From: a virus
DNA: 64,000 bases
IMG/VR virus record: IMGVR_UViG_3300003690_000003
Coordinates: 32,001-96,000 of that record
Direction: 5' to 3' (one strand)
Part shown: piece after piece, positions 36,777-47,318 of the stretch
Position numbering within the stretch: position 1 is the first letter of the stretch
How the letters are laid out: each line of letters opens with the position of its first letter
Made by a program: the position numbers and the translations under genes
Notes under the pieces: model-generated
The model's input: the letters and a program-made list of their open reading frames with translations, nothing else
Databases searched by the model: none
Told to the model about the DNA's origin: nothing

Positions 36777-37838
36777 CTACCCGGAGCCGCGGCGAGGGCC
36801 AGCGCCCGGAATGACCGGATCGGGCTGCGAGTTCTGGCTACGTCGTACTTCACGCAAGCCCGAGCTAATCTCTGGGGGTGTACGCCCCTGCTCGCGCCAA
36901 TTCTCCCGAAGATTCTGACGAACTCCCCGGACTTCCTGGCGCTGCTCACGGCGCTGGGCGCGCTCCCCACGACGTTGTTGCCGGCGCAGTCGGCGCCGAT
37001 CTCTGGCCGATATCGGCGCAGAAGGATCATCAGCTAGAGCCTCTGCTTCCTGGGTATCTTGTGTCACAACATCATAATCATAACTATCGTATACTATTTC
37101 GAGCGATACCGTCGAAAGTTCCCTATCCTGGGCATAACTATAAGTTCCAAAGTCTACAGAAGATATGTAGGGATTTTTCAAAATCCATCGCCGCGCGGTC
37201 ATAAATCTAGTTCCATGTTCTGGCTTCACCTGTTGGCCCCCTTCAGCAATCGCTTCGAGCGTCTTGGTGGCCGTAGGGGGAATGGCGCTTAAAAACTCAA
37301 TAATATGAAACTCGTTCGGTGTTGAAGTATTGTGAAAAGGAATTAATTTACCAGGAGTAAAGTGCTGTGCTACCCCATCTATCTGGTTAAAACTTCCCGG
37401 GAGCGTTTGATTGATATCTCCATAAGCATAAAGATAGGCAGTAAGTGTAGAAGCTAGATCGTGACTATACGTATCAATAAGATCGATTTTTATAGGACTA
37501 AACTCATAAGTGGTGGCTTGATTGGGACGTATTATAGGATGCGATGTGGCGCCACCCGGAGTAACTTTATACACTTCTGTTTGAAAACCAGGCTTTGTAC
37601 AAGAGACTGCTAAAAACTGAAAATATTTATCCGCACCGTATCGATTTGTTATATTTAAAGCCGCGGGGTCTACTGGCCCCGCCAAACCGCGCGTAAGCAC
37701 TTTAGAAATCATAGTTAAGCTATTATCACGCGTTCCGTAACTAAGTGGTTTAGGGACATATACGGGGAAGGGCACCACAAAGCGAAATCCACGCTTTGGC
37801 TCTACCCTTGGATCACTCCAACCGCCCCAAAAAGGCAT
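36777..37838 (-). CDS. Tail tube-like protein (second gp19-fold paralog)
   Basis: MPFW...EPKRGFRF, KPGF, WILKNPYISSVDFG..SY, LEIVYD mirror the adjacent tube protein. Confidence 0.7.
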   Translation of the reverse strand: MPFWGGWSDPRVEPKRGFRFVVPFPVYVPKPLSYGTRDNSLTMISKVLTRGLAGPVDPAALNITNRYGADKYFQFLAVSCTKPGFQTEVYKVTPGGATSHPIIRPNQATTYEFSPIKIDLIDTYSHDLASTLTAYLYAYGDINQTLPGSFNQIDGVAQHFTPGKLIPFHNTSTPNEFHIIEFLSAIPPTATKTLEAIAEGGQQVKPEHGTRFMTARRWILKNPYISSVDFGTYSYAQDRELSTVSLEIVYDSYDYDVVTQDTQEAEALADDPSAPISARDRRRLRRQQRRGERAQRREQRQEVRGVRQNLRENWREQGRTPPEISSGLREVRRSQNSQPDPVIPGAGPRRGSG

Positions 37839-37848
37839 TATTTAATCC

Positions 37849-38400
37849 TTAGCCAGCAGCGACGCCGGGCTCAGTGCTGTAGCTGGCCCAATCATAACGC
37901 AGTGTAATATTAATAGTCTGAAGTTCCTCAGAGGTGTAGTCCAAATCCCCAAAAGAGACGGATTTTATCCAAGGATTATGAAGCGTATATTTCCCGATGA
38001 TCCGGCCGTCGCCATCTAGCTCTTTGATTAGGACAGAACCATCCAGCGCTGCTACAGCGGCTCCTTTACTTATGGTACCCGCATCAGTCACTGAATTCCC
38101 AGAAGTGGAAACATTATCCGGACTTACATAACCGGATGTAGCAAGCATAATGTGCATTAAAGCATCAAAATCAGGCGTCATGGAGTTAATCAAAGTACAG
38201 CTCACATCGCTCCAAGTAATCGCTGATGGATAATAATATGTCTGTCCTAAAAACTTGTGTTCGCTCTGACCGATATCAAAGGATGGCTTGCTTACATTAC
38301 GCGCATATACCTGTGTAGTAGTTCCATCCGGTAACGTAAACTCAAACAAAAACCGATGTGAACGCTTCGGTTCTATATTAGCATTACTCCAAAAAGCCAT
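37849..38400 (-). CDS. Tail tube protein (gp19-like)
   Basis: EPKRSHRF, YTLHNPWIKSVSFGDLDY, LRYDWA; directly after the sheath. Confidence 0.85.
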   Translation of the reverse strand: MAFWSNANIEPKRSHRFLFEFTLPDGTTTQVYARNVSKPSFDIGQSEHKFLGQTYYYPSAITWSDVSCTLINSMTPDFDALMHIMLATSGYVSPDNVSTSGNSVTDAGTISKGAAVAALDGSVLIKELDGDGRIIGKYTLHNPWIKSVSFGDLDYTSEELQTINITLRYDWASYSTEPGVAAG

Positions 38401-38457
38401 TTTTATATTCTCCCGTACATTTTAAATAGTAAAGTACCGCAAATCCACCTTTTTTTA

Positions 38458-41451
38458 TTAGTCATCGAACGATGCTCCGGTTCTGGTAATAACAAAGTCC
38501 AGAGCTATAAACTCGATCGCACGCGTGGGCTTCAAAAAGACCTTAGCATACATGATATTTCTATCAACGAGCTCGGGGGTAGTTGTGGTATCATCAAGAA
38601 TGACACGATACTCTGCCAAACCATATCGGTTCTTCACAGCCATTAAAAGAGGCTCTACCTGGCCCAAGAAACGATCCCAAGTTACTTGAATATTGGGATC
38701 AAACAAGATTCTAGTTGAAATTCTAGAAATCGACTTCTTGAGGAAGATAAGCAGTCGACGAACATTAATCCGATCAAGTGCAGACGGTGTCGCCTGCAGA
38801 GTCTTCTGCCCGAAGACCACAATGCCTTCAGCCGGGAAACTCGCAATGGGATTAATATTACGCTCATACAGCTGGTCACGTTGCTTGCTCGTTAATCGAT
38901 CAACAACGTTAGTTACCGGCATGCCCGCCGCACCTTGACTAAGGCCCCCGCGGTTGAAGCCGGCAGGAGCAAACCACAGCTCAGAAACAGCCTCAGAACT
39001 TGCGTACGTGCCTAGAGCGGCCACAGAAGGTGGCACCCATACACGTTGACCCGTTAGGGTATCGCGCACTTGTACCCAAGGATAGTAACATGCTCCATAA
39101 CTATTGTTGAAAGCGCGCTGTTTAATATACGTAACAGTGTTACTAACATTTCCGGCTCTACTAGAGAATGCATCGGTGTTTTCTGCAGCTGGCAAAAAGC
39201 CACCTTCAAGATCGATAATCGCTAGTGTGTCGGCCCGGGCTTCCGCAACCGTAAGCATATGACTAGTAAGAGTCCGCGCAGTCATGCCGGGAACTGTCAG
39301 GAGATTAATGTCTACCTGGTCAGGATCCCCAACCGCGTCGACACCCCGCTGTGCAGTATAAAGCATAGCGTAGTTGTTTACGCTTCTTGTCTCGCCTGCG
39401 CCTCCTAGAGCGCGCGTGTTGTTGAACGGATCAGCTTCACCAATATCGAAGCCATCAAAACCGCCGGCCATGGGCACTACAAATCGATTATAATCGAGAT
39501 CTAGAACAGCCTCATACGAAGCGCTGACCGCGGTAATAGAAGTGCCTTTCCTTCGGGCGCCCTGGTGTGTACCGGGCGAGGACTCAATATATCCAAAGCC
39601 AGAGCCACTGTGAAACGCAGCATCCTGAGCACCGTTTAATACCAAGTTATCTAAAGAGAAGCCAGGTCCTCTCTCTGAAGGCCCCGTGGCAGGGGGATTG
39701 AGGCGGTTTAAAGAGGGGGGAGGCATGCGAACCAAGTCCACAATCGTTTTGTCCGGCACCAAAGATGTCCGCGTTGTCGTAGTCTGAAGTCCGAAGTAGG
39801 CGTCAGTGTCTAGAGACAAACCACCGTCAGAGGAAGACAGACGTAAAGGTAGCATTGGAAACTGTAGCGAAGCAGTTAGGGCAGCCGGGCCCATGTCGAC
39901 AACGGGGCCGCCGTCGCTTCGGATGTAGATAGGAGTGGCACCAAAAGATGAACTCATAATACTTCCACTACCCGCTGCAACACAATTAGTGTTGGTGGTG
40001 GCCACGCCGGCGGCGAGGTTGCCGGTTAGCGACAATGCCAAAAAGTTGGCCGAGCCTGAAATAATATTAAAGCCCTTATACTTTGGAACACCCTTAAAGC
40101 CGAAGGGGAGCCAGTCTTTGCCGGCTCGTCCCTGAGCGACATCAATATTCATATCCAGTCGAATATAGCGCGATTGATTGTCATATTCCCCGTAATAACG
40201 GAACTTCTTATTGGTACTATCCCAACTAGAATACTGATCACCGATTCGGCGCGCGATATAGTTAGGAGAATTAACATTAATATTAAGATTATTATATTCT
40301 TCGAGGACTATTGGATTATTATCCGTATCCTCCATGCGACGTATCTGAAGTGTGAAAGAGCCATAAGGTTCAAAAGAAGGGCTCATAGATGGCTTTATAT
40401 CTTTAAAGGCTATCTTAAGATGACTCTGGGCCCACTCAGCTTCATCGCGTGCTACCACACTAAACATTTCGCGAACACTTGTATTAATATTAAAGCTGCC
40501 ACTGGGACCTGGGTCTTGAGCAATGATCGGAGGAGTCTGCGGGATTTTATAAGTTGTTTGGAAAGCTGCCATGTTGGCTCGGGTACCTGAGAGCGAACCA
40601 CTTAGGCCTAGGATTACTCCATACTTGGCCTGGGTGGCACTAAAGCGGTCGCGAATAGTTCGATCAAAGGTTTCTCCTAGGAAATAGTACTCTAGACTGG
40701 AAGTCGTAGTAATAGCGTCGTTAACAAGCTGCGGATTTGTATTGAAAACCTTTCGAATATAACGCGAGCTAGTCTTATCAAAGTTAAACGAAGATTCTAC
40801 TTGTAGAGCACCCCCTATTGAAATTCTTATTTTTAGTTCTCCGTCAGTGGCACCACCAAGTGAGTTTAGCACTATCGCATTACCGGCAATCTCGGCGCCG
40901 TCGGCCCCCTCACTAGCGCGGGCTCCAACTAAAGCGATTCTGGCAGACGAACTAAGATAGAAAACTGCGGCCAAAGAACCCGTTAGTGCCGCGGAAGAGC
41001 CCGGTGTGGTGGGAGTGGAACCTGAACTAAATATAAATAGTCCATAAGGACCTCCTTTGGTGTCCTGTACAACTTCGGGATATATCCATCCCGGCTTTGA
41101 TACATTGCTGTCGTCGCCGGCGACCGGGCTTTGCTCACCAAGAAGTCTCACGATTGTGGCCGGCCCATTATTGGCTAAATAGGCCTGCGCGGCAAAGCCT
41201 GCGTACGTCGGAGCGGCACGATTGCCGTCTCTCCAAACATCGCCGGAACCACCACCGGCTATCGGGTTTCCAAAAATTTGAACAAACTCGTCAAACGAGT
41301 TAACCGTTGTTGGTACAAACGCGGGGCCGCGTGCTGTACGTCCGACAATGGCCGGGCCCGTCCGTACCACAGTTTGCTGAGGTACTTGGGATTGATCGAT
41401 TTCATTAATGAAAACACCGGGCGAAACGAATCTAAATCTATCTACAGACAT
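38458..41451 (-). CDS. Contractile tail sheath (gp18-like)
   Basis: SPGVFINEID, YYPWV, PPS, WFAPAGFNRG, INPI, GQKT, DRINVRRL, KPTRAIEFI. Confidence 0.95.
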   Translation of the reverse strand: MSVDRFRFVSPGVFINEIDQSQVPQQTVVRTGPAIVGRTARGPAFVPTTVNSFDEFVQIFGNPIAGGGSGDVWRDGNRAAPTYAGFAAQAYLANNGPATIVRLLGEQSPVAGDDSNVSKPGWIYPEVVQDTKGGPYGLFIFSSGSTPTTPGSSAALTGSLAAVFYLSSSARIALVGARASEGADGAEIAGNAIVLNSLGGATDGELKIRISIGGALQVESSFNFDKTSSRYIRKVFNTNPQLVNDAITTTSSLEYYFLGETFDRTIRDRFSATQAKYGVILGLSGSLSGTRANMAAFQTTYKIPQTPPIIAQDPGPSGSFNINTSVREMFSVVARDEAEWAQSHLKIAFKDIKPSMSPSFEPYGSFTLQIRRMEDTDNNPIVLEEYNNLNINVNSPNYIARRIGDQYSSWDSTNKKFRYYGEYDNQSRYIRLDMNIDVAQGRAGKDWLPFGFKGVPKYKGFNIISGSANFLALSLTGNLAAGVATTNTNCVAAGSGSIMSSSFGATPIYIRSDGGPVVDMGPAALTASLQFPMLPLRLSSSDGGLSLDTDAYFGLQTTTTRTSLVPDKTIVDLVRMPPPSLNRLNPPATGPSERGPGFSLDNLVLNGAQDAAFHSGSGFGYIESSPGTHQGARRKGTSITAVSASYEAVLDLDYNRFVVPMAGGFDGFDIGEADPFNNTRALGGAGETRSVNNYAMLYTAQRGVDAVGDPDQVDINLLTVPGMTARTLTSHMLTVAEARADTLAIIDLEGGFLPAAENTDAFSSRAGNVSNTVTYIKQRAFNNSYGACYYPWVQVRDTLTGQRVWVPPSVAALGTYASSEAVSELWFAPAGFNRGGLSQGAAGMPVTNVVDRLTSKQRDQLYERNINPIASFPAEGIVVFGQKTLQATPSALDRINVRRLLIFLKKSISRISTRILFDPNIQVTWDRFLGQVEPLLMAVKNRYGLAEYRVILDDTTTTPELVDRNIMYAKVFLKPTRAIEFIALDFVITRTGASFDD

Positions 41452-41550
41452 TACTTGGCATCTCCTTCATCAAAAAAATTAAACACTTAATTTTTCGCAA
41501 GTTTTCTTAAGTAAATAGTAAAGGGAAGCGGCAAAGTCCAACTATTATTA

Positions 41551-42531
41551 CTATTCTCGATAAAATCCCTGCTTCCCTAGGTATTCGTCGATATCCCCTA
41601 ATACTACGTGCTCGCGAGGAATTCTAACCTCGACTGCGTTTTCCCTAATTACAACCTTTGGTCGATCATCGTTGGGACCATCTCCAATAAGGTACCCCAT
41701 TACCTCCATGGTAATAGATGTTTCATAAAGCCGAAGCTCCATTTCAAGCTGCCCGGTATTAGAATTATTAGTGAAACTGCCATTAATAAACGCTTCAAAC
41801 TTGTGGCCGTCACGCTCAAGTCGCCGGGGCATGCTATTAAGACCTCCCTGCCGTAAGAGAGGAGTTGTCAAATCATTCATTTGTTGCTGATATTCAGTCC
41901 GAATACTGATTTCATAAGAAACCGATATCCACACTGGCAGCGGTATTGTTATAGTTTCAAATACAGTCTTCTCATCAACAATTTTGGGAAAAGTGTTCTG
42001 ACCGAACCCTTGACCACTTATGGCACCATTAGCATATTTTCTTCTAGAAATATTATTTTGGAACTCAGCGGTTTTTTTCTGATTTATCCGACGGGCAATT
42101 GTAATAGTGCCCCCTTTTGCATCATTAACAATTGGAATATTGGCATATGGAATAATTCGTTTAGACAATTCCTTGCTAACAGATCTTCTCTCTAAAGTGA
42201 TTAAAGGCAAGATTAGAGTTTCTTCAGGGTCTCGAAGATCTCGATTTTCTTTTATTTGGAAGGCACGTTCAGTGCCCACCCAGATAATAGGTACCTTCTT
42301 AAAGCCCTTATTGGTCATCGTTGACAAATCAAGTCTGTCGTTTATATAATCGAAGACAGCAAAATCTATAGTTTCCAAAGTCGATGGCATTATTTCTATT
42401 TCTTTTAAAATAGAAGGATTTTTTACGCCTGTCCAATCATTCTTTTTTGGATTCTCAATCTGCTGTTGACTTTCGATAGAACGACTACGTGGCATCGAAC
42501 TGTCCTCTGCGGGCGCGCTTACATTCAGCAC
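41551..42531 (-). CDS. Tail terminator/sheath stabiliser (gp15-like)
   Basis: KVPIIW...ER, ILPLITLER, position between neck and sheath. Confidence 0.6.
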   Translation of the reverse strand: MLNVSAPAEDSSMPRSRSIESQQQIENPKKNDWTGVKNPSILKEIEIMPSTLETIDFAVFDYINDRLDLSTMTNKGFKKVPIIWVGTERAFQIKENRDLRDPEETLILPLITLERRSVSKELSKRIIPYANIPIVNDAKGGTITIARRINQKKTAEFQNNISRRKYANGAISGQGFGQNTFPKIVDEKTVFETITIPLPVWISVSYEISIRTEYQQQMNDLTTPLLRQGGLNSMPRRLERDGHKFEAFINGSFTNNSNTGQLEMELRLYETSITMEVMGYLIGDGPNDDRPKVVIRENAVEVRIPREHVVLGDIDEYLGKQGFYRE

Positions 42532-42979
42532 TTACTTGGAACTTATGATTCACCTGGCCAAAATAGTAGCGTGTATCATTATATGTACGAACGATTTCAT
42601 ATAGTCTGTCGCCATATTGTACAAAATCACCGACGCGGACATATAAATCTTGATCTGCAGTTAATCTTTTGCGATTAAAATGAACCGTTAACTGGCTCTG
42701 ATATTCATAACTGTATTTATCGTTAGTTTGAGTGTTCTCCACTTCAACATATGCGTATACGCGAACAGGAGATAAATAAGATTTATTTATACACTCCCCG
42801 TAAAGAGAATGAAAGTCACTTTTATTAATATCAATGGGATAATAAACTATAGTTTGGCCAATCACTCTTTCAAGTAGTTCGTCATTGACCTGTTTAACTA
42901 AATCACGTTCCTTCTCCCCGAAAAACATGGGAGGAGGAGGTGCTGCAGGTTGAGACCATTTATCGTTTGGATTGCCCAT
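42485..42979 (-). CDS. Neck/head closure protein (gp14-like)
   Basis: GQTIVYY...LYGE, VRVGDFV...YEI; position. Confidence 0.7.
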   Translation of the reverse strand: MGNPNDKWSQPAAPPPPMFFGEKERDLVKQVNDELLERVIGQTIVYYPIDINKSDFHSLYGECINKSYLSPVRVYAYVEVENTQTNDKYSYEYQSQLTVHFNRKRLTADQDLYVRVGDFVQYGDRLYEIVRTYNDTRYYFGQVNHKFQVSAECKRARRGQFDAT

Positions 42980-42983
42980 CTAA

Positions 42984-44249
42984 CTATCCTACGTAGATGC
43001 CCGCGGGGATATCGGACAAAACTTTTTCCGCATTATCTGAAAGGATACCGTCCTGTTCTGACAACTTGGGATATGTGAGCTCATCAAAAGTAGTTTTCAG
43101 CTCTTCTCTTAGAGCATCCTGCTCTGCTTTAGCTTGTGAGAGTAAATCGGCCGAGTTCAATGTAACAGATTCGCCAGGTATAGGAATAGTAGCAAACTTT
43201 CCACGAATTTGCCCGAGCATTTCTTTTGCCAGTGCTAATGCGAAACGACGAATCCACTGCTTTCCAATCGAATTAATACTATTATAGGCAATATTTTGAA
43301 AAGGTAACGTGTTCATGTTATTAATGCCCTGAACACCCGATCTTCCGGTAGCTTCAGATTCCTCCCATGGGTTTTCTTCAATGGTAAACTGGAACCAATA
43401 TTTGTCCGGGCTGTTCTGGTTCGGGGTAGGATGAATTCTTAGTCTGTTATTTTTAATCTCGTAAGACCAATGGGAAACGCGTGTATTTAAAGCATCTTCA
43501 TATGCCATTGATTGAAGCTTATTTTGCCATACTGGAACAATATCAAATGTTGAATCGTCTGCATATTGTCCGTAGGTACGCAGATTACCCACGACACTGA
43601 AACCACCATAATAACCATAAAATCGCCACATCGCTTGGGGAGTTTTATAAAATACTCTTCGAATAGTAATCCTTCTATTGCCAACTTTGCCATAATAACG
43701 AGCGGTGGTATCCGTCGCCGCTGATGAAGAAATGATACTTTGTAGATCGTAATCGCATACGCTACTCGTAGTAACTACAGAGCCTGAATAGATATTTTGT
43801 GTACCGCCCACGACGGTGTCAGTAGACGCCCTGTCACCAACTCGTTTTAAATAGCCATAATCAAACTTTGGATATCTTAATTCTATTTGTGAACCCGACA
43901 AAGAATCCCCACTTTTGACTTGACCATCCTGATCAAAGGACGCGGTGGTATGCCCCAAAAAGCTAGAGAGGGAATTTTTTGATTGATGAACATTAACTAT
44001 ATAAGAATATTCTAAAACAGCTTCTTCATAGGCCGAATATACATTTCCCGGCGCTAGTTCAATATCTAAAACATCTCCCCCAAGTTTTTTATATGTATAA
44101 GCTACTTGGTCTGCAGCTCCAGATAAAAAATCTGTTGAGCTAGCATAAATTCCAAAGGGAAGCGTGGCAGCTACGCCGCCGGCGGTTCCAGTAACCGGTA
44201 AGACATTCGTATTTGTAGTCGACGCTGGGTATAATTTCGGAAGAGCCAT
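42984..44249 (-). CDS. Neck protein (gp13-like)
   Basis: LGGDVLDIEL, WIRRFALALAKEMLGQIRGKF..IPIPG..VTLN. Confidence 0.8.
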   Translation of the reverse strand: MALPKLYPASTTNTNVLPVTGTAGGVAATLPFGIYASSTDFLSGAADQVAYTYKKLGGDVLDIELAPGNVYSAYEEAVLEYSYIVNVHQSKNSLSSFLGHTTASFDQDGQVKSGDSLSGSQIELRYPKFDYGYLKRVGDRASTDTVVGGTQNIYSGSVVTTSSVCDYDLQSIISSSAATDTTARYYGKVGNRRITIRRVFYKTPQAMWRFYGYYGGFSVVGNLRTYGQYADDSTFDIVPVWQNKLQSMAYEDALNTRVSHWSYEIKNNRLRIHPTPNQNSPDKYWFQFTIEENPWEESEATGRSGVQGINNMNTLPFQNIAYNSINSIGKQWIRRFALALAKEMLGQIRGKFATIPIPGESVTLNSADLLSQAKAEQDALREELKTTFDELTYPKLSEQDGILSDNAEKVLSDIPAGIYVG

Positions 44250-44288
44250 TATTAGTCCTCGAAGTAACTAGTGGTACTATCATAAATA

Positions 44289-44319
44289 GGAAGCCCCGAC
44301 TCTATGAGCCGGGGCTTCC
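44289..44319 (-). terminator. Intrinsic terminator after the major capsid gene
   Basis: GGAAGCCCCG...CGGGGCTTCC stem followed by TATTT. Confidence 0.7.
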
Positions 44320-44351
44320 ACATTTATTTGTCTAATAAAAGACTAGACGTA

Positions 44352-46163
44352 TTAACCAATAGTCATATCAGCGATAACAACCAGGCCATACATGTCAGGC
44401 CGCACCATCTTCTTGGCGTAGCGGGTCATGACTCCCTTGCGGGGCACGAAGTCCTCTACTCCGAAGATAGTAGGCGTGGTCTGCAGCGGCACATAGGGAG
44501 CGTAAACATATCCGCTCTCTAGGAAGCTGCCTCCCTTGCGACCTACAAGAACTACGTTCCGTAGGAAGTAAGGATCGACATAAACGTCCCACTTCTTGGA
44601 AAGGCTACCAGCCTTCACAGATCCGACGGTACCTCGCTCACTATCGACAGTGACATTAGCGCGGAAACCAGACGTAAACTCAAGGATATTGGCAACTTCA
44701 GGTGAAACCACGATGAAGTTAGCGCCACCCCGTAGAGTCTTACGGTGGATATTCGCCGACACGTCGTTGATTGTCTCAACGAGAGTCTCATACCACTCGG
44801 AAACGTTGCCGGTGAAGTCCGGAGCAACAGTATTAGCTCCGACCTCAGCGCCCGTAACGCGATCGAGGAACTTACCAGGAGCGCGTGACCAGTAACGAGT
44901 AGCGGCCGTGCCACCCTGAACGAGGTCCTCAAGGATCTCGCGATCAATTTCAAGAGCGATCTGCTCAGATAGAATCTGAGTAAGCTCGACCTCGGCATCC
45001 AGGTTGTGATAGGCATTAAGATCCTGTCCCAACTCTGGGGTCCACTTGGCCTTGAGCTTCTTGGTCATCGCGATAACAGCGACGGAATCGATCTTGATGT
45101 CGATTTCGGGGATGTTGGTGTTATTTTCCAATCCCCACTGCGGGTCACCAACAATCGCACCTTGTGCAAGGCTATTAGGACTATTGATGAAATCATCGTC
45201 CTCGGCCCAGCTAAGGATGTTGGCTGCGCCCGTCAAAGCGTCCGCCACGGTCGCCGCAACACCTGCGGATGACACGGCACCACCATTAGACCCGGTACCA
45301 ATAAATACCAAGTTAATAACGCTGTCACTAGAACCACTAAAACGGGTGTGACGTCGAACGAGCCGAACTGCCGAAGAGCCATTGGCTCCGATGTTCAGAC
45401 CGGTAGCGACACTCTGTGTGGAACTGGAAATCTGAATGGTTACCAAATCCTTAAGATTTAGCTGTGCAAGCGCATCGCCAGTCTTTTGGATACTCGTAAC
45501 AGCAATCTGGGTACTTCCAGACGTAAAGTCCGGATCCCAGTCGACCGCTTTCATATAAGCTAGATCGCTGGTATCACCGAAGGTGAAGTTAAAAACCGCA
45601 GCAACGTTACTAGACACATCGGTGTCGTTACAAGCAACAGAACCTGTCGGAGACGAGTAAGCGTTGTTAAGCGCGTACGGGCCTTGCTCGGCAAGTTGCA
45701 TAGCATCGGCACTCCCGAGATCAACACCACCGGTCAACTGACGACCAACGACGCCGCCACCGAAGAGTGAAGTATCTACTGGATAGCCCAAACGACCTTT
45801 TGCATTGGCGCCAGGACCAATCTCTGCCGAGACCGTAAAGTCTAGGAAGAAGATGAGACCACTAGGTAGACTCATCGGCTGAACGCTAACGAGATCGTTG
45901 GCGATCAGATTGCCGAATACACGGCGAACGAGGGGGAATGCGACAGCCGCAAAACCCTCCACATCTCCACCCGACATGGATGAAGACTCACGGAGTAACT
46001 CTTTTGCCTGGTTCTCAAGCAAGCGAGCCATCCCGTTCCGAAGATGATCAGCTTCGAGACCTTCAAGAAGACCGGTCTTTTCCCACTTAGAGATAAGAGC
46101 GTCGCCTTCCTTAGATAGGTCACGGTTAATGATACCTTCAGTTAACTTTTGTACAATAGACAT
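44352..46163 (-). CDS. Major capsid protein (T4 gp23-like)
   Basis: LLENQ, PLVRR, VQPMSLPSGLIF, KLKAKWTPELGQDL, EIDREI, YAPYVPL, GVMTRY. Confidence 0.96.
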   Translation of the reverse strand: MSIVQKLTEGIINRDLSKEGDALISKWEKTGLLEGLEADHLRNGMARLLENQAKELLRESSSMSGGDVEGFAAVAFPLVRRVFGNLIANDLVSVQPMSLPSGLIFFLDFTVSAEIGPGANAKGRLGYPVDTSLFGGGVVGRQLTGGVDLGSADAMQLAEQGPYALNNAYSSPTGSVACNDTDVSSNVAAVFNFTFGDTSDLAYMKAVDWDPDFTSGSTQIAVTSIQKTGDALAQLNLKDLVTIQISSSTQSVATGLNIGANGSSAVRLVRRHTRFSGSSDSVINLVFIGTGSNGGAVSSAGVAATVADALTGAANILSWAEDDDFINSPNSLAQGAIVGDPQWGLENNTNIPEIDIKIDSVAVIAMTKKLKAKWTPELGQDLNAYHNLDAEVELTQILSEQIALEIDREILEDLVQGGTAATRYWSRAPGKFLDRVTGAEVGANTVAPDFTGNVSEWYETLVETINDVSANIHRKTLRGGANFIVVSPEVANILEFTSGFRANVTVDSERGTVGSVKAGSLSKKWDVYVDPYFLRNVVLVGRKGGSFLESGYVYAPYVPLQTTPTIFGVEDFVPRKGVMTRYAKKMVRPDMYGLVVIADMTIG

Positions 46164-46184
46164 TTTTATATAACCTCCTATATG

Positions 46185-47216
46185 TTATTGTTTTAAACCT
46201 GCCAAACGTAACATTCGATCCATATTCGGATCAACAGTAGTAGAAGCATTGCTACTCCTATTTGAACCTAGAAGCATCGTAGTTGTAGGCTTGCTAACAA
46301 CTTCGCGGAGTGATTCTTTGTGGCCTCTGTGAGGAGCGCCCACTACGCTTTGAAGTGTTTCAAACAACATCTTCGTCTCTTCTACTGAACTGGCGTTACG
46401 AACAGCTTCGACAATCTTTTCTTTTTGTCGCTCATTCAAGGAGGCGCTATTCAAAGCCTTGTTTTGATACAGAAGTTTGGCGTTTTCTAATATCAAAATA
46501 CTTAATTGTTCCTTTGCTTCCATAAGCAAAGATTTTAAACTACCGATCTCAACATGGAGATCAGTAACTCGTGATTCATAAAGTTCTAGATTTTTTTCTT
46601 GAGCAGCAGTAACTTCTTCAGACTGAGCTGCTGCAGCTTCCTCTTCGACACCCATCTCTTGTGCGTGTGACTGGGTTTCGGCGCTAGCAAGCGGCGACCA
46701 TCCCCCTAGTCGGGCCGCAACATCAACTGTCAGTTCCTCAGCGATGGCATCAATAAGTTCGTCTGATACCTCAACCTTTTCAGCCATAACGGGCGAGTCA
46801 GGAGCCGCGGCTTCTTGGTCTGGAAACGCTGCGGGTTGTGCGGGCTCTTCAACGCCAAAAATTTCTTCAGCAGTTTCTTCAGAGCTGAGCATTTCAGAGG
46901 GATCTGGTTCTAGGCCAGCTTCTTCCTCTGCATGAAGACGAGCCTTCAAATCATCGAAATCAATCTCGATTACTTCCTCATCTCCCGGGCCGTCTAGATC
47001 AGAGTCTTCGTGAGCTAGCGGTATATCTTCAATAAAAGAAGCATCTACGGGTGCAGCAGCGTCCAATGGCATACCTATATCCTGTTCTAAAAGAGAACCC
47101 AAAGCGTTTTTAACTTCTGCTGAGTATTTTTCTAATACATCATTTTCAGCAGTTTTAAGAGCCGCCTCTTTTAAAGCCGTGGCATCCACAATAGCTTGTT
47201 CTAACAATGAAGACAT
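46185..47216 (-). CDS. Prohead core scaffold (gp22-like)
   Basis: Acidic/coiled-coil protein immediately upstream of MCP; start MSSLLEQ after AGGAG. Confidence 0.75.
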   Translation of the reverse strand: MSSLLEQAIVDATALKEAALKTAENDVLEKYSAEVKNALGSLLEQDIGMPLDAAAPVDASFIEDIPLAHEDSDLDGPGDEEVIEIDFDDLKARLHAEEEAGLEPDPSEMLSSEETAEEIFGVEEPAQPAAFPDQEAAAPDSPVMAEKVEVSDELIDAIAEELTVDVAARLGGWSPLASAETQSHAQEMGVEEEAAAAQSEEVTAAQEKNLELYESRVTDLHVEIGSLKSLLMEAKEQLSILILENAKLLYQNKALNSASLNERQKEKIVEAVRNASSVEETKMLFETLQSVVGAPHRGHKESLREVVSKPTTTMLLGSNRSSNASTTVDPNMDRMLRLAGLKQ

Positions 47217-47318
47217 AAAATTACTCCTAATCTGATATGTAATCAAAATAAATAGTTCATAAGATAGGGAAATGACTAATAGTTATTGATTAGGGTACAT
47301 ATAAAGATATATCATTCG

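Noticed and set aside
36740-37204. Alternative ORFs over the Arg-rich tail of the second tube protein
   Set aside because: Explained by GC-rich low-complexity coding sequence; no independent start signals.
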